DNA of 64,000 bases, from positions 41,173,359-41,237,358 of the forward strand of contig NC_068995.1 in assembly GCF_001194135.2 (NCBI RefSeq). The letters are read 5' to 3'. Positions within the stretch are counted from its first letter, which is position 1; every line of letters begins with the position of its first letter. The DNA is from Octopus bimaculoides (taxonomy: Eukaryota). The position numbers and the translations under genes were made by a program. Below are positions 38,127-51,800 of the stretch, piece after piece. Below the pieces are notes generated by a model. That model worked only from the letters and a program-made list of their open reading frames with translations, was not told the origin of the DNA and did not search any database.

Positions 38127-39778
38127 CATTCAGTCTACTCTGTAGAATGGTTGGTGTTAGGAAGGGCATCCAGCCATAAAAACCATGTCAAAACAATGAA
38201 GCATGGTGCAGTCTTTTGTCTAGCCATCCCTCTCAAACAGTCCAAGCCATGCCAGCATGGAAAGCAGACATTAAATGATGATGATAATGGTGTGTGTGTG
38301 TGGGTTACAGATCTATATTATAAATACAAATATATCCAGTTTGGCGTCCTTTATTTTCTTCTTTCCTCTGATGCTTTCGTATTTCGTTTTAAATCTTTCA
38401 AAATATCATTTTACTTATTTAGGTTTTTTTTTTTTTATATATAAATTTACACTAATTTGAATTTGTCTTTTTGTAGGAAGAGCGTCAAAGAAAACATGAA
38501 GAGAAGTTAGCTAAGGAAGCTGCAGTAGAAGTAAGTAAATCTTGGTCAGCGCCATCATCATCATCTTCATCATCATAACTGATTCATTTTCATAACTGAT
38601 TCATTTACCATTGTTTGGAGTTGTGCCTGGAAAAACCAAAGTCATTATACCGAGGCATCAAAACCATGGCGTAAAAAGGATGCTGTCGTTACACTAAATC
38701 TTTGTACTTTTGTCATAGGAATTTTTGCTTACACCCTTCTCATGTACCAATTCTTGTTTGCCTTCCTCTCATGTCTATATTTCTCAAATGAAGCAGTCTC
38801 TGTTATCACTCTTCTCATGTGGCAATTTCTGCCTGCGCTTTTCACATTTAGCTGTCTCTGTTTGCCTCCTTGTCAAGTGGCAACTCTTACTGGAGTGATC
38901 ATTCTTGGAGTTGCATCATCTAGCAGTCCTTCTCCTAAATGTGACCCTGTCATGTCGCACTTCTTGTTTCCAGGTTTCTCAAGTTGCTGTTCTCACATGT
39001 AGCAAGTTTAGCTACAACTTGCTCCTGCCACAGTATTGTCATGTTGTAAACCATGTCACTGATATTTAACCAGAACCCCTGCTTTGTTGCTGTAGTTGCT
39101 ACCATCTCCCTTTTAGCTGCCCTGCCTTCTTCATACATGTTCAGTTGTGATGTGAATGTAGATTCATGATATCAAGGACCAACATTCACATTTCAACGGA
39201 ACCATTGTTTCGCTTCATCATATGTTGATGCTGAAAAACCAGGTCCTGATTCCCTGTTTATGTCCTTTTGACAGGAACGACGGAAAGCTCTGGAAGCTGA
39301 TCGTAAGAAGCGTCTCCATGAGATGCAGGAAAAGAGGAAGCAACGTGATGCCAGGGTTATCCAACAACTGCAAGAAAAAGAAAAGGAACGACTGGAGGTT
39401 CTACGGGCCAAAGAGCGGTGAGTGCTGTTGTCTTATTTTGATTTTTGTCAGTTGTTGATCCATGAGACTTTTGAAAATAATATCTACAACATAGAAAGGC
39501 GGAGAAGTCAGTTGCTTCACCATGTGGCTTCAAGTTCAGTCCCACAAACATACAGTTACACTTCACTAATGTACATACATATATATACATACATAAATGA
39601 TATATGTTGGTGATATGCTTCTTTCAGTTTCTGTCTACCAAATCCATTCACAAGGCTTTGGTTGACCCAGGGCTATAGTAGAAGACACTTGTCCAAGTTG
39701 CTATGCAGTGGGACTGAACCGACATCCATGTAGATGGGAAGCGGAAATGTTAACGACACAACTATCTCCTCCTATCAC

Positions 39779-39836
<58 letters not shown>

Positions 39837-42800
39837 GTACACTACAGATGTTTAGTTGTGTCTCTGAAGCCAAGATATTTTCCTCCAGTTCTTCAGTTTT
39901 GGATTCCTGGGAGGTTAGGAAGCAGGCTTTTTCAGAGTAATGAACATGTAGGAATGTAGAATGATTAGCGTGTAATATAATATACCTTCTTACATGGTAG
40001 ACAGTTTCTTTCATCTACAGAATGCTTCATGTAAGTAAACTTTTACCAACTTGAAACATGTCGCAACTGAATTCCACTTCTATTTTCAGAGAACGTGAAG
40101 AAAGATTGGCTGCTTTAAATGCCCAGCAGCAAGCTCAGATCCAAGAATTACAGAAGAAAATTCAACAGAAAGTGAGTGAAGAGATTCTAAATGAAATCTG
40201 ATTTTATGTCATCTGATGAACTGTAAACTTATTGATTTTATGTGGGTGTTTGTTATATACGATATTATAGAGGTATTCACAAATGTGAAGGCGCATGGCT
40301 CAGTGGTTAGCGCGTCGAGCTTACGATCTTGAGGTTGTGAGTTCAATTCCCAGACCGGGATGCATGCTGTGTTCTTGAGCAAGACACTTTATTTCATGTT
40401 CCTCCAGTTCACTCAGCTGTAGAAATGAGTTGCGACATCACTGGTGCCAAGCTGTATCAGGCTCTTTGCCTTTCCCTTGGATAACATCGGTGGTGTGGAG
40501 AGGGGAGACTGGTATGCATGGGCGACTGCTGGTCTTCTATAAACAACCTTGCCTGGACTTGTGCCTCAGAAGGTAACTTTCTAAATGCAATCCCATGGTC
40601 ATTCATGACCAAAGGGGGTCACCCTTTAGAGGTATTACAGATATTATATTACAGGTATTTAAGGTGGCAAGCTGATAGAATTGTTAGCATGCTAGGCGAA
40701 GTGCTTAATGATATTTTGTTTGTCTTTACTTTCTGAGTTCGAACTCTACTGAGGTCAGCTTTGTCTTTCATCCTTTTGGGGTCGATAAAATAAGTACCAA
40801 TTAAACAGTAGTGGCGGGGTCGATGTAATTGCTGGTCTTGTGCCAGAATTTGAAATCAATATTATTATTCTTAAGGCTTCGAGCTGGCAGAATCGTTAGC
40901 ACACTGGGAAAAGTGCTTAGTGGCATTTCGTCTGTCTTTATGTTCCGAGTTCAAATTCTGCTGAGGTCCACTTAGCTTTTCGTCCTTTCAGGGTCAGTAA
41001 AATAAGTACCAGTTTAGCACTGGGGTTGATATATTCAACTTGTGCCCTTTCCTCAAATTGCTGGCCTTGTGCCAAAATTTTAAACCTATATTATAGGTGT
41101 TACATAAGTTTATATCTATTATTGATATTATAGCTATTACATAGGTATTACCACTCTTGGAGTGGTTGGCATTAGGAAGGGCATCCAGCCTTAGAAACCA
41201 TGCCAAATCAGACTGGAGTCTGGTGTAGCCTTCCAGCTTACCAGGTTTGATCAAACTGTCCAACCCATGCCAGCATGGACAATGGACGTTAAATGATGTT
41301 GATGATGATGGTGATAGGGTATTCCTAACTTCCTGGAAGTTTCTCACTAAAGACATTTCTAAATCTGCTGCCAAGTTTGAATTCTATTATGGTATCAGTA
41401 ATTATTGCCCTGTAATCACTTGGATAATATAATCACCTGGATATTGCCCTCTAATCACCTGGATATAATCACATTAAATACTATTGTGCAATCTGTCGTT
41501 ATTCTATAGAATTTAGATGCAGAATTGTGGATTACAAGACCAGTGGACCAGCGATGGGACCATTATGCAGCCTCTCAGCCTACTAGACTTAGCAGCCAAA
41601 TCTCCCTCAAGTCACACTTGACAGTGTGTCCTACTGAAAAGACACCATTGAAAAATGTGGTTCCAAATATATTACAAGAGAGTCATGGTTGGAAAGTCTT
41701 TGATTATAAGAAGGCTTGATCATGTCTGACCTGGGGCTAAACAGCAACCATTATACATAAAATACCAGTTTGTTGGGAGCTCAGCCCCTAAGCTATCCTC
41801 CATAATTGTCTTTACCTCTTTTGTCTGTTGATGTTTGATAAATACAATAAAACTATTTCATTGTCTTATTCAAAGATTCACTGTTTCCTTTGAGTTCTTA
41901 ATTTTCCTGTGAAGCGAAAGTATTTCGGTGCCAATGTCAAGATTTTTCTCTTTCTTGGCTCTGCTCTTAGATTTTCTACATCCAGATATAAATCCAGATC
42001 AAAGTTAGTGTCTGAGTTGCCTCCCTTACTTTCTTCTCTTTGCCTCGGCTTATTTTCTATGCAACTGTTTTACATTAGTGAAACAAGGAAATTTTAGCTC
42101 AGCACCAATGATTTGATGCCAACACACAACTGTTTCACCAAAAATAGAAAATGTCTTTTGTTCATCTGGGACCAGATTATCTAGTGTGTTCTTTGATTTT
42201 GATGGTTGGGTGTGATTTGAGAGATACTCAGCTGCTATTTTTAGCAAATTAATAGACCATGTATATAGAGGCACTCACATTACCCTGTCGTTTAAGATGG
42301 AGAAAATAGGTGGGAGCAATGTGTGTGTATGTACACACACACACACACACACACGTTATAATCCAGGATGCAACTTCATTATGCTCAGTTGCATATTCTC
42401 GCTATCAACTGTATGTATGTAGTTTTATTTTAAATGAGAATATCATATGTCTAAGCTGAAATTCCTGGTTAAGTATATTATTTACAGAGTAAGTTTGTTT
42501 TAAAACAAAGTCTGGAATTTATTAAAATAGTACCAGAAATACTAGTCTTTGTATGTATGTTGGTGTTAAGAAGAGCATCCAGTCGTAAAAAAACCTGCCA
42601 AAACAGACACGATAGCCTGGAGTAGTCTACTACCTGGCCACCTCCTGTCAATCGTCCTACCCATGCATGCAGGGAAGACAGATGTTAAACGATGATATAT
42701 ATATATATATATATATACACACAAAAGCAAAAATTATAACGATAGAGAATATGGAGACTGGTACATCCTGAGAATTTATTTCCTTTTAATTTTACAATGT

Positions 42801-43387
42801 CATACCATATATTGTTATGGTTACGATGACTCATGCATTTCCACTGTACAAAGTGTGGGCAGTTGCATACGCAACTGGGCATAATTTTCTGTGCAGCTTC
42901 ATTCAGCATCTTTCAACCAGCTTGGCTTGAAGCGAACAGAGCTACCACAGTATCCACCTGGATAATGTATCCCTCTAAACTCGCACATAAATATATATAT
43001 ATACTTTTTTATTTGTTTCAGTCATTTGACTGTGGCCATGCAAGAGCACTGCCTTTAGTCAAACAAATCGACCCCAGGACATATGCTTTGTAAGCCTAGT
43101 ATTTTTTCTATCGGTCTCTTAGGCCGAACTGCTAAGTTACAGAGGGACGTAAACACACCAACATCGGTTGTCAAGCGATGGTAGGGGGACAAACACAGAC
43201 ACACAAACATATATATATGTCTATATACACACGATGGGCTTCTTTCAGTTTCCATCTACCAAATTCACTCGCAAGGCTTTGGTTGGCCCGAGTCTATAGT
43301 AGATGCTTGCTCAAGGTGCCATGCAGTGGGACTGAACCTGGAACCATGTGATTGGTAAGCAACCTACTTACCACACAGCCACTCCTG

Positions 43388-43429
<42 letters not shown>

Positions 43430-45472
43430 AAGCTATACACTTATTTGGTTAGTTAAGATGTTGAAACAGTTAAGTTAGAAATTGTTAAGGTAAAACTGTT
43501 AACCTATTCTGTATGTATGCATACACATACACATAGGTGGGTCAGCATTCCCAAAACCTTAACTAATCAACCAAATAGCAAACCTGAAACAGCAAACATC
43601 CACTTTCTTTTTTTGTTTTGTTTCCTAATGTTTTCTGAATTGTCATTGATTCTTACAGCAAGACGAAAGTACACAGCGCCATCAGGAAATTCTTCAACAA
43701 ATACGAGAGAAAGCTTTTGAGATGAGTGTATTGCGGCACTCGACTGAAGACCACAATGAAGCACCACAGCTTACCCCATATGACCAGAAGAAATTGTGCA
43801 AAGTCTGTAATGTTTTGGTAAGTTTTGGTTTGTGGAATCCTTGTGTGGCATACTAAAGAATTCGAGAAGAATGCCCAGTTCTGAAGACAGGTGTCATTTA
43901 GTCATTAGTAATTATTGGGTATGTTATTTATAACAGGAGGTACATGTCTGTAAAATATGGTACCTCTTTTAGCCACCATGGGTACAGCAGAATCAGTCGA
44001 GAGCAATGATGATGTTGGTTATAATGATCTGACCTGGCTCTCTAATAGTCTTCATGCAGTGGACATGACCTCCAGCCACTTATACTCTAATATAATTGAG
44101 AAAAATGTGAAGTGTACTTCATTTAGAGCAGCAGTTCTCAACCATTTTTTTTTATCTGCAGACCTCTTTGATTACCATTTTATTCTAGTGGGCCTCCGTA
44201 CCTGTTTGATTTTTAAAATTTAGTTTTATAGAGACTTCTTTCAAAGTCCCTATTTTGTTTAACAGGGCATTACATTAGGAAGGGCATCCAGCTGTAGAAA
44301 CCATGCCTCAACAGACAGCTGGAGTCTGGACAGCTCCCTGCTAGCCAGCACCATGTCAAACCATCCAACTCATGTCAGCATGGAAAGCAAGTGTTAAACG
44401 ATGATGATGATTTATTAACCTTTTAACATTTAGATTGCTCTGTCACACATAATGCTTATTTTATTTATTTTTTCTTTGTTAAGTTTCAGTCCAAGGACTG
44501 TGACCATTCTGGGGCACCGCCATTTATACTTACATTGTTTTGAATTAATCCTGCATTATCTCACAGCTTCAAAATTTTGATCATGTGATTGTTTGTTTAT
44601 CTTGAAAATGACATTGTAGGGTAAGTGTGAGAGTCAGGATCCAGTCAGTTTGAACACAAAACATATAGAATATTCAGACCGAATATGGCCGGTATAAACT
44701 CTAAAGGGTTAACTTGTATAAGTTAAACTATGCTTACTTTGTTTAGTTTGAAGAACCAAATATTTGCTCAAATTTTGGAGAATAAGTCTTCATGTGAGTT
44801 TTGTATTTACGGTTGTTTTTTTCTTTTTTAATTTCATTTCAGATTCTCTCAGAAGTCCATCTTCTGAGCCATTTGCGAGGCAAGAAACATAAAGAAACCA
44901 TGTTACAAACTATGTCAAAAGAATTGGTCTCCAAACAAGATATAGTAAGTGTTTTGTCTTAGTCAAGTCTCAGATTTGTAACAAAGATGTCCACTTGTTG
45001 TTTTATTGTTTACATGTTGCATCATTGGGAATCAGCACCAGCAGCATAACCAATGTCAGCACCACAACCACCATCATTATTGGAAACCGGTTGGTTAACA
45101 GGCTTCCAGTGATGACTGTGATAATTGTGGTGGTGGTGATGATGATGGTTGTGGTGGCAATGATGATGATGATGTTGGTTATGATCTTGATAACAATGTT
45201 ATTGGGTTGCGGTGGTTGTGATGTTGTTGATGGTTGTGATGACGATGTTCGATGATTGTAATGAGGAAGGGATGTTGTTTATAATGATGATGATGAGGAG
45301 GAGGATAGTGACAATGAAATTTTCTCTCCTGCAGGAAACCTTTAACCTGAAACATATCATTGATGCCCCTGATGCCAGCACCCACCCTGTAATAGCCTCA
45401 GAGAGGGAAAGGCAGAAAGCCCTAAAGAAGCGCTGTAAGAAACTGCGTCAACGAATGATGCTAAGGTTAGTG

Positions 45473-45504
<32 letters not shown>

Positions 45505-45704
45505 GAAAGGCAGTTAGCACGCCGGGCGAAATGCTCAGCGGTATTTCGTCTGCGGTTGTGTACTGGGTTCAATTTCCACCGAGGTCGACTTTGCCTTTCA
45601 TCCTTTCGAGGTTGATTAAATAAGTACCAGTTACGCATTGGGATCGATGTAATCGACTTAATCCCTTCTCCAAAATTTGAGCCCTTGTGCTTCCAGCACA
45701 AAGG

Positions 45705-45739
<35 letters not shown>

Positions 45740-48700
45740 GGTGGCGAGCTGCCTGAATTGTTAGCCCACCAGGCAAAACGCTTAGCAGCGTTTTGTTTGT
45801 CTTTAAATTGAGTACAAATTCTGCCAGTAGTAGTAGTAGTAGTAGTAGTAGTAGACAGTTTGTAGATTTCACTTGTTCTGATATGTGTGTGTCTTTGTGT
45901 TTGTGTTTTTCCCCCCCTTCACTGCTTGGCAACCAGTGTTGGTGTGTTTACATCACTGTAACGTAGTGGGTCAGCAAAAGAGACTGATAGAATAAGTACC
46001 AGGCTTAAATAAATATGTATTGAGGTTAACTCTTTTGGCTATAAATCCTTCAAGGCAGTGCCCAGCATGGCCACAGTCTAATGACTGGAGCAAGTAAAAG
46101 ATGTAAATTATGAATTGGTTAAGGTTGGTAATGATAGCCTCAGTTGACTGTCTCATCTTATTTTCACACATACTGCATTATCTGCTTTCTTTTTAAATGG
46201 TAGAATATATGAGACAAAGTGAGTGATTTGGCTGCTATTTCTAGCAGGTTGAGCTATCACATTGGGGCTTCTTCTTTTGGTGTGATTATTTTACTTTTAA
46301 TGTTTGGATTACTAAACAAGCACCAAGTTTCAAAACTGGAGAACCAACTTTGGATGTGTTACACATTGTGTGTGTTTGTATGCGTTTCAAATTGTGTGTA
46401 TGTGTGTGCGTTTGTATGTGTAAAAACACCATTTGAGCGTGGCCGTTGCCAGTACCTCCTGAATGGCCTTCATGCCGGTGGCACGTAAAAGTGCCCACTA
46501 CACTCTTGGAGTGATTGGCGTTAGGAAGGGCATCCAGCTGTAGAAAACCATGCCAAATCAGACTGGAGTCTGGTGTAGCCATCTTGTTTGCCAGTCCCCA
46601 GTCGAATCGTCCAAACCATGCTAGCATGGAAAGCGGACGTTAAATGATGATGATGTGTGTGTTTAGGATTTTGCGTGTGTGTGTGCTTGTATGTGTTTCA
46701 GATTGTGTGTGTGTGTATATGTGTGTTTAATAAACAACAAAACTGTCTCTTGAAGAACTGTTATTTTATTTTTTTGTCTCCACAGAGGAGTTGAATATGA
46801 GAATTCTCTTTCTGGGAAAACTCAGATTGCTGAATCTGAACACAAAGCCAAGTAAGGAATCTTTCTTCTCTTCTACATCTCTCTCTCTCTCTCTCTTTCT
46901 CTCATACATTCCCTCCCTCTCTCTCTCTCTCACACACACACATTCCGTCCTCTCTCTCTCCTCACACACACACACATGAATACACATTTGCATATCATTG
47001 TGTGCTTTTTCTCTCTTCTTCCTTTGTCTTACACACACACACTCTCTCACCTGACTCTTATTCTGTCTTCCTCTTTCTCTCTCTCTTTCGTCTCCCTTAA
47101 ACACCTTGTTCACATAGATATATGTGACCACTTGATATTATTTATATCCACCTAAATGCCTTCTTATACTTCCAGGTTGCAAAAATCCATCAAAGACGTA
47201 AATAAGTATCTGCAGAACTGTGATAATGGTCCTTGGCCTCAGAACCGTGTATCTGCCTTAGACAGGGCACTGAATGAAGTCAGCAGAATCTTCGATAAGA
47301 AGGTACTAATTTCTTTGATTCTATTTTAATTCTGACTTATATTTGTNNNNNNNNNNNNNNNNNNNNNNNNNNNNNNNNNNNNNNNNNNNNNNNNNNNNNN
47401 NNNNNNNNNNNNNNNNNNNNNNNNNNNNNNNNNNNNNNNNNNNNNNNNNNNNNNNNNNNNNNNNNNNNNNNNNNNNNNNNNNNNNNNNNNNNNNNNNNNN
47501 NNNNNNNNNNNNNNNNNNNNNNNNNNNNNNNNNNNNNNNNNNNNNNNNNNNNNNNNNNNNNNNNNNNNNNNNNNNNNNNNNNNNNNNNNNNNNNNNNNNN
47601 NNNNNNNNNNNNNNNNNNNNNNNNNNNNNNNNNNNNNNNNNNNNNNNNNNNNNNNNNNNNNNNNNNNNNNNNNNNNNNNNNNNNNNNNAGAAATAATAAT
47701 TTCTTAAAGTATGTGTTAATCCCCATGTGGGTACGTGGAGTAAATAAAATCATTACATAAACAATTAGATAGAAGAAATAATAATTTCTTAAAGTATGTG
47801 TTAATCCCCATGTGGGTACGTGGAGTAAATAAAATCATTACATAAACAATTAAATATAAGAAATAATAATTTCTTAAAGTATGTGTTAATCCCCATGTGG
47901 GTACATGGAGTAAATAAAATCATAACATAAACAATTAAATATAAGAGCGTGGCCATTGCCAGTACCTTCTTAAAGTATTTGTTAATCCCCATGTACCCAG
48001 ATTTTGTGGACAGCCTGTATAACAACATTGACCAAATTATTGGATGAGGTTATATATCACTGGTTATGATGCGCTTCACGTTTTAGCGTTTGAATGATGC
48101 CACCTTGCTGGTTAGTCTGATTGAAAGGTTAGTCTGTCGCAGGGTTATCCATTTACAGCTGAGTGGACTGAAGCAATGAAAACCGAAGCGTTTTGCTCAT
48201 GAACAGGTATCACCCGGTCTGGGAATTGAACCCATGATCTAGTAATCACACACACACACACACATAGTTATTCTGTATTATTTAGCAGGTGTTCACTGAG
48301 ATATTCACCATATTTTTTAAATGGCTGTCTGAGCAGGTATTGCTATGAAAGAAGATAAGCAATTTTCTTGCTGCAAAATGAGGCTTTCTACATGTGTGTG
48401 AGTGAATACAGCATTTGTTTATGTGTTTTGGTACCAAAACTTAAACTTTCTCATTACATTTTTGTGCTCAAACTTGTCACACTTTGATATAATAATATAT
48501 ATATATAATCTGAACTACGTAAATACATATTGCAATCCTTGGTACTGGCTGAACTGGGTTTGTGCCGCTTGCCTCTCATCACCCCTGTGATGTTGTAACC
48601 TCACACTCGAATCAATACATCCAATCCTTCTTCCCCAGAGTGTCACTCCTCTGGAATTTCTTCCCCTGCACATGTCTTGCCCATTGGTTTTGACTTACTA

Positions 48701-48796
48701 AGATTCAAGAGGAGCATTAAAAGCACCAAATAGGTCTACATTGGCCTGGAAAGGCTTTGGATATTGCCCTTTCCTCCAGATCCAGTAAATAATAAT

Positions 48797-48833
<37 letters not shown>

Positions 48834-51800
48834 GTTTAACGTCCGCTTTCCATGCTAGCATGGGTTGGACGATTTGACTGAGGACTGGTGAAACCGGATG
48901 GCAACACCAGGCTCCAGTCTGATTTGGCAGAGTTTCTACAGCTGGATGCCCTTCCTAACGCCAACCACTCAGAGAGTGTAGTGAGTGCTTTTACGTGTCA
49001 CCCGCACGAAAACGGCCACGCTCGAAATGGTGTCTTTTATGTGCCACCCGCACAAGCCAGTCCAGGGGCACTGGCAACGATCTCGCTCGAAAATCCTACA
49101 GGAGCCAGTCAGGCGGTACTGGCAACGGCCATGCTCAAAATGGTGCATCTCATAATAATAATAATATCGAATTTTGGCACAAGGCCAGCAATTTCGGGGG
49201 AGGGGATTAGTCGATTGCATCGACCCCAGTATTTAGCTGGTACTTATTTTATCGACCTTGAAAGGATGAAAGACAAAGTTAACCTCAGCAGCATTTGAAC
49301 TCAGAACAAAGACTGATGAAATTTTGTTAAGCATTTTATTTACCCTGAAAGGCAAAGTAGACCTAAGCCCGGGCAACGCCGGGGTGCATTGCTAGTATAT
49401 TATATGATGTATTTCATGTAACACGAGCCTTAACGCTAACGGTCAGTATGGTATAGGATACGCAGTAACTCGTTGCTTCCACATGCTAGTGTCAGGAAAT
49501 ATACTTTATGTAATTTACAAAAATGAAAATATTGCAAGGGAGGCTACTCCGTAGTTTTATGACAGAGTTATCTTTCTCGAGATTTAAAGCTATCTTCTTT
49601 TCGCTTTTGGACGAAGTCGGTGATTGTTTTCGATAACATTAAACGACTTGCAGTTTATGTAAATAGAGCGCCTTAGAGTCACTAATTTTGATGAAATTAT
49701 CAGCGATTACAATAGGCAGCTTCTGCTCAGTTGCGGATTGAAATTTTGACTTCCAGATGAGTGTGTGTGTGTGTGATTATAATAAACCGATTTCCCCATA
49801 TTACACACACCCGCACTTATGTATGTATGTATCGATCGATCGATCAATCAATCAGGCGAGCTCGTAGCATCATTAACACAGCTGACAAAATGCTTCGCAG
49901 TATTTCTTGCAGCCGTTTTGTGTTCAAATTCTGCCGAGGTCGATGTTGTCATTCATCTTTTAGGGGTCAATGTTATCGAGTAGCTCCACACCCAAAAAAT
50001 AATTTCAGGGTTTGTGCTTATAGTAGGATGTGTGTATATGCAAATATATATGCATGTGCTGCATGCAAAAATATGTACGTATCTGTACAAACACACATCA
50101 CATGCATCTATTTGTTGAAGAATTAAACTGTCACCCACCATCATTCACTTTTACCCCAGCGCCCACACCCACCTTGTTCAATGTCCGAAATTCCTCAATA
50201 TTTTACCGTTTCTTTTATTTTTTTTTCTTCACTTTTTTTCAGCTCCCAAATGATGACCAATTCAGTTTTCGTATTCTGGGAGGACTGACAACACTGAGTC
50301 GCTTACTTATTCTCATGGATGGACCATCAAATGCAACTTCAGTTATTCCGCTCAAGTAGGTTGTGTCCCCAGATCGGCTTTAAATTTTCTCTCAGACAAT
50401 ATTGTAACTCTTTCATTGCAAACCTAAAACTTTCTACGTATATCAGAATTTAACTTTTTGTACCTGAAAATTTCAACTTTAATCTGCTAAATTGTATTTT
50501 ATCATTTCTTTGCAGGTCTTTGGTTTTGTCATGCTCTGTGTTCAGACAAGTGTGCAAGGGATGTTATGATAACTGTCACTATATGTTGTTTAGTAATAAG
50601 ATTGGTATTCTCGTAGACCTCCTCATACATCAGTTAACAGTAAGTATTTATATGCAATTGTATATATTCATAAAAATTTATGCAAATATTGAACAATAAG
50701 AATGAGTACTCAAGCACCGCATTGGTGAATAAATATTCTTTATTTGTGGATGAACAAAGTTTGAACAATTGTGAAGGCAACTTCACATGAAACCATTGGT
50801 AGCCTTGTTAACCCACAGAGTTTATAGAAATATATAATATTTCTTTGCGTTTCAGTGCTGCCTTTGGTTGTAGTGAAACTAGTGTAGTAGTAATAGTATC
50901 AGTAAGTTGCTACACTTGCCTGGCCTCATAATCTTCGATGAATTTACTTAGTGTGACCTTTCATCATCATCGTTATAACTACAACACAATCCTTAGCTGT
51001 CCTCGTTAACCACAGGCAAATATTTCAGTTGTCATCAAAGCACTGACTCTTTAGAAAGAAATTTTAAGTAAGAACCAGGTTAGAAGACTACCCTAGGTGC
51101 AGACATTGTTCTGTGGATAGATACAGAATTTGCTTTTGTAATTATGCGGTTGTGGGTTCTGTCTCAGTGTGTGTGGCATCTTGGGCAAGTGCATTCTATT
51201 GTAACCTTTGGCTGATTAATGTAGTATTTAAATGAGTTTTCCCATGGGCCCGTTTTAATATGCTTATCCTTATGTATGTGTGTAGATCACTGACCACTAC
51301 ATTTATATATTTTTTCTCTCCTTGTTTCTTTCTGTGTTCCTTTCAGTTGAAGTGCGTAGGCTCGAAACGTTAGACTTTCTCTATTCCTGTGCGTTATGCT
51401 AATACCTCCATTTGTTGTTTACACCACCTGTCTTCGTCTGTTGTTTTTTTCGTAAATTCTCCCATATATACATAGGTACTGTAAGTTTAGAGGGAATACT
51501 TGATAAGTGTAAGCACCTGTATATGCCAGATAGTGGCAGAGGTGAGAGAATATATCAAGCATAAATTAATTTAAGTTCTGTTTTTAATTTTCACTCCGGA
51601 AAGGAATATTCGGATAGAATGGGGCTTGCTAAAACTAGGCCGAAACAGCTGTAAGATTAAACTTCTGTTCATCCTCTAATTCCTTATGTACTTTGTACTT
51701 CTATATGTAAACCATGTTGGCAAAATAACATAGTCTGCCATGGACACCTGTGCTTTGGTTCTTTCTTTCTTTTTCTTTTCTTCCTTTTTTTGTCACTTTT

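Noticed and set aside
39195-39225. Minus-strand TGATGA...GAAAC hammerhead-like string
   Set aside because: No stem II or stem I pairing and no repeat context.
47347-47688. Second missing SCAPER exon in this gap
   Set aside because: The apparent phase conflict between exons 19 and 21 is resolved by the exon at 50243-50355.
47689-47985. CRISPR-like array
   Set aside because: Contiguous tandem units with no unique spacers, a eukaryotic intron, and no cas genes.
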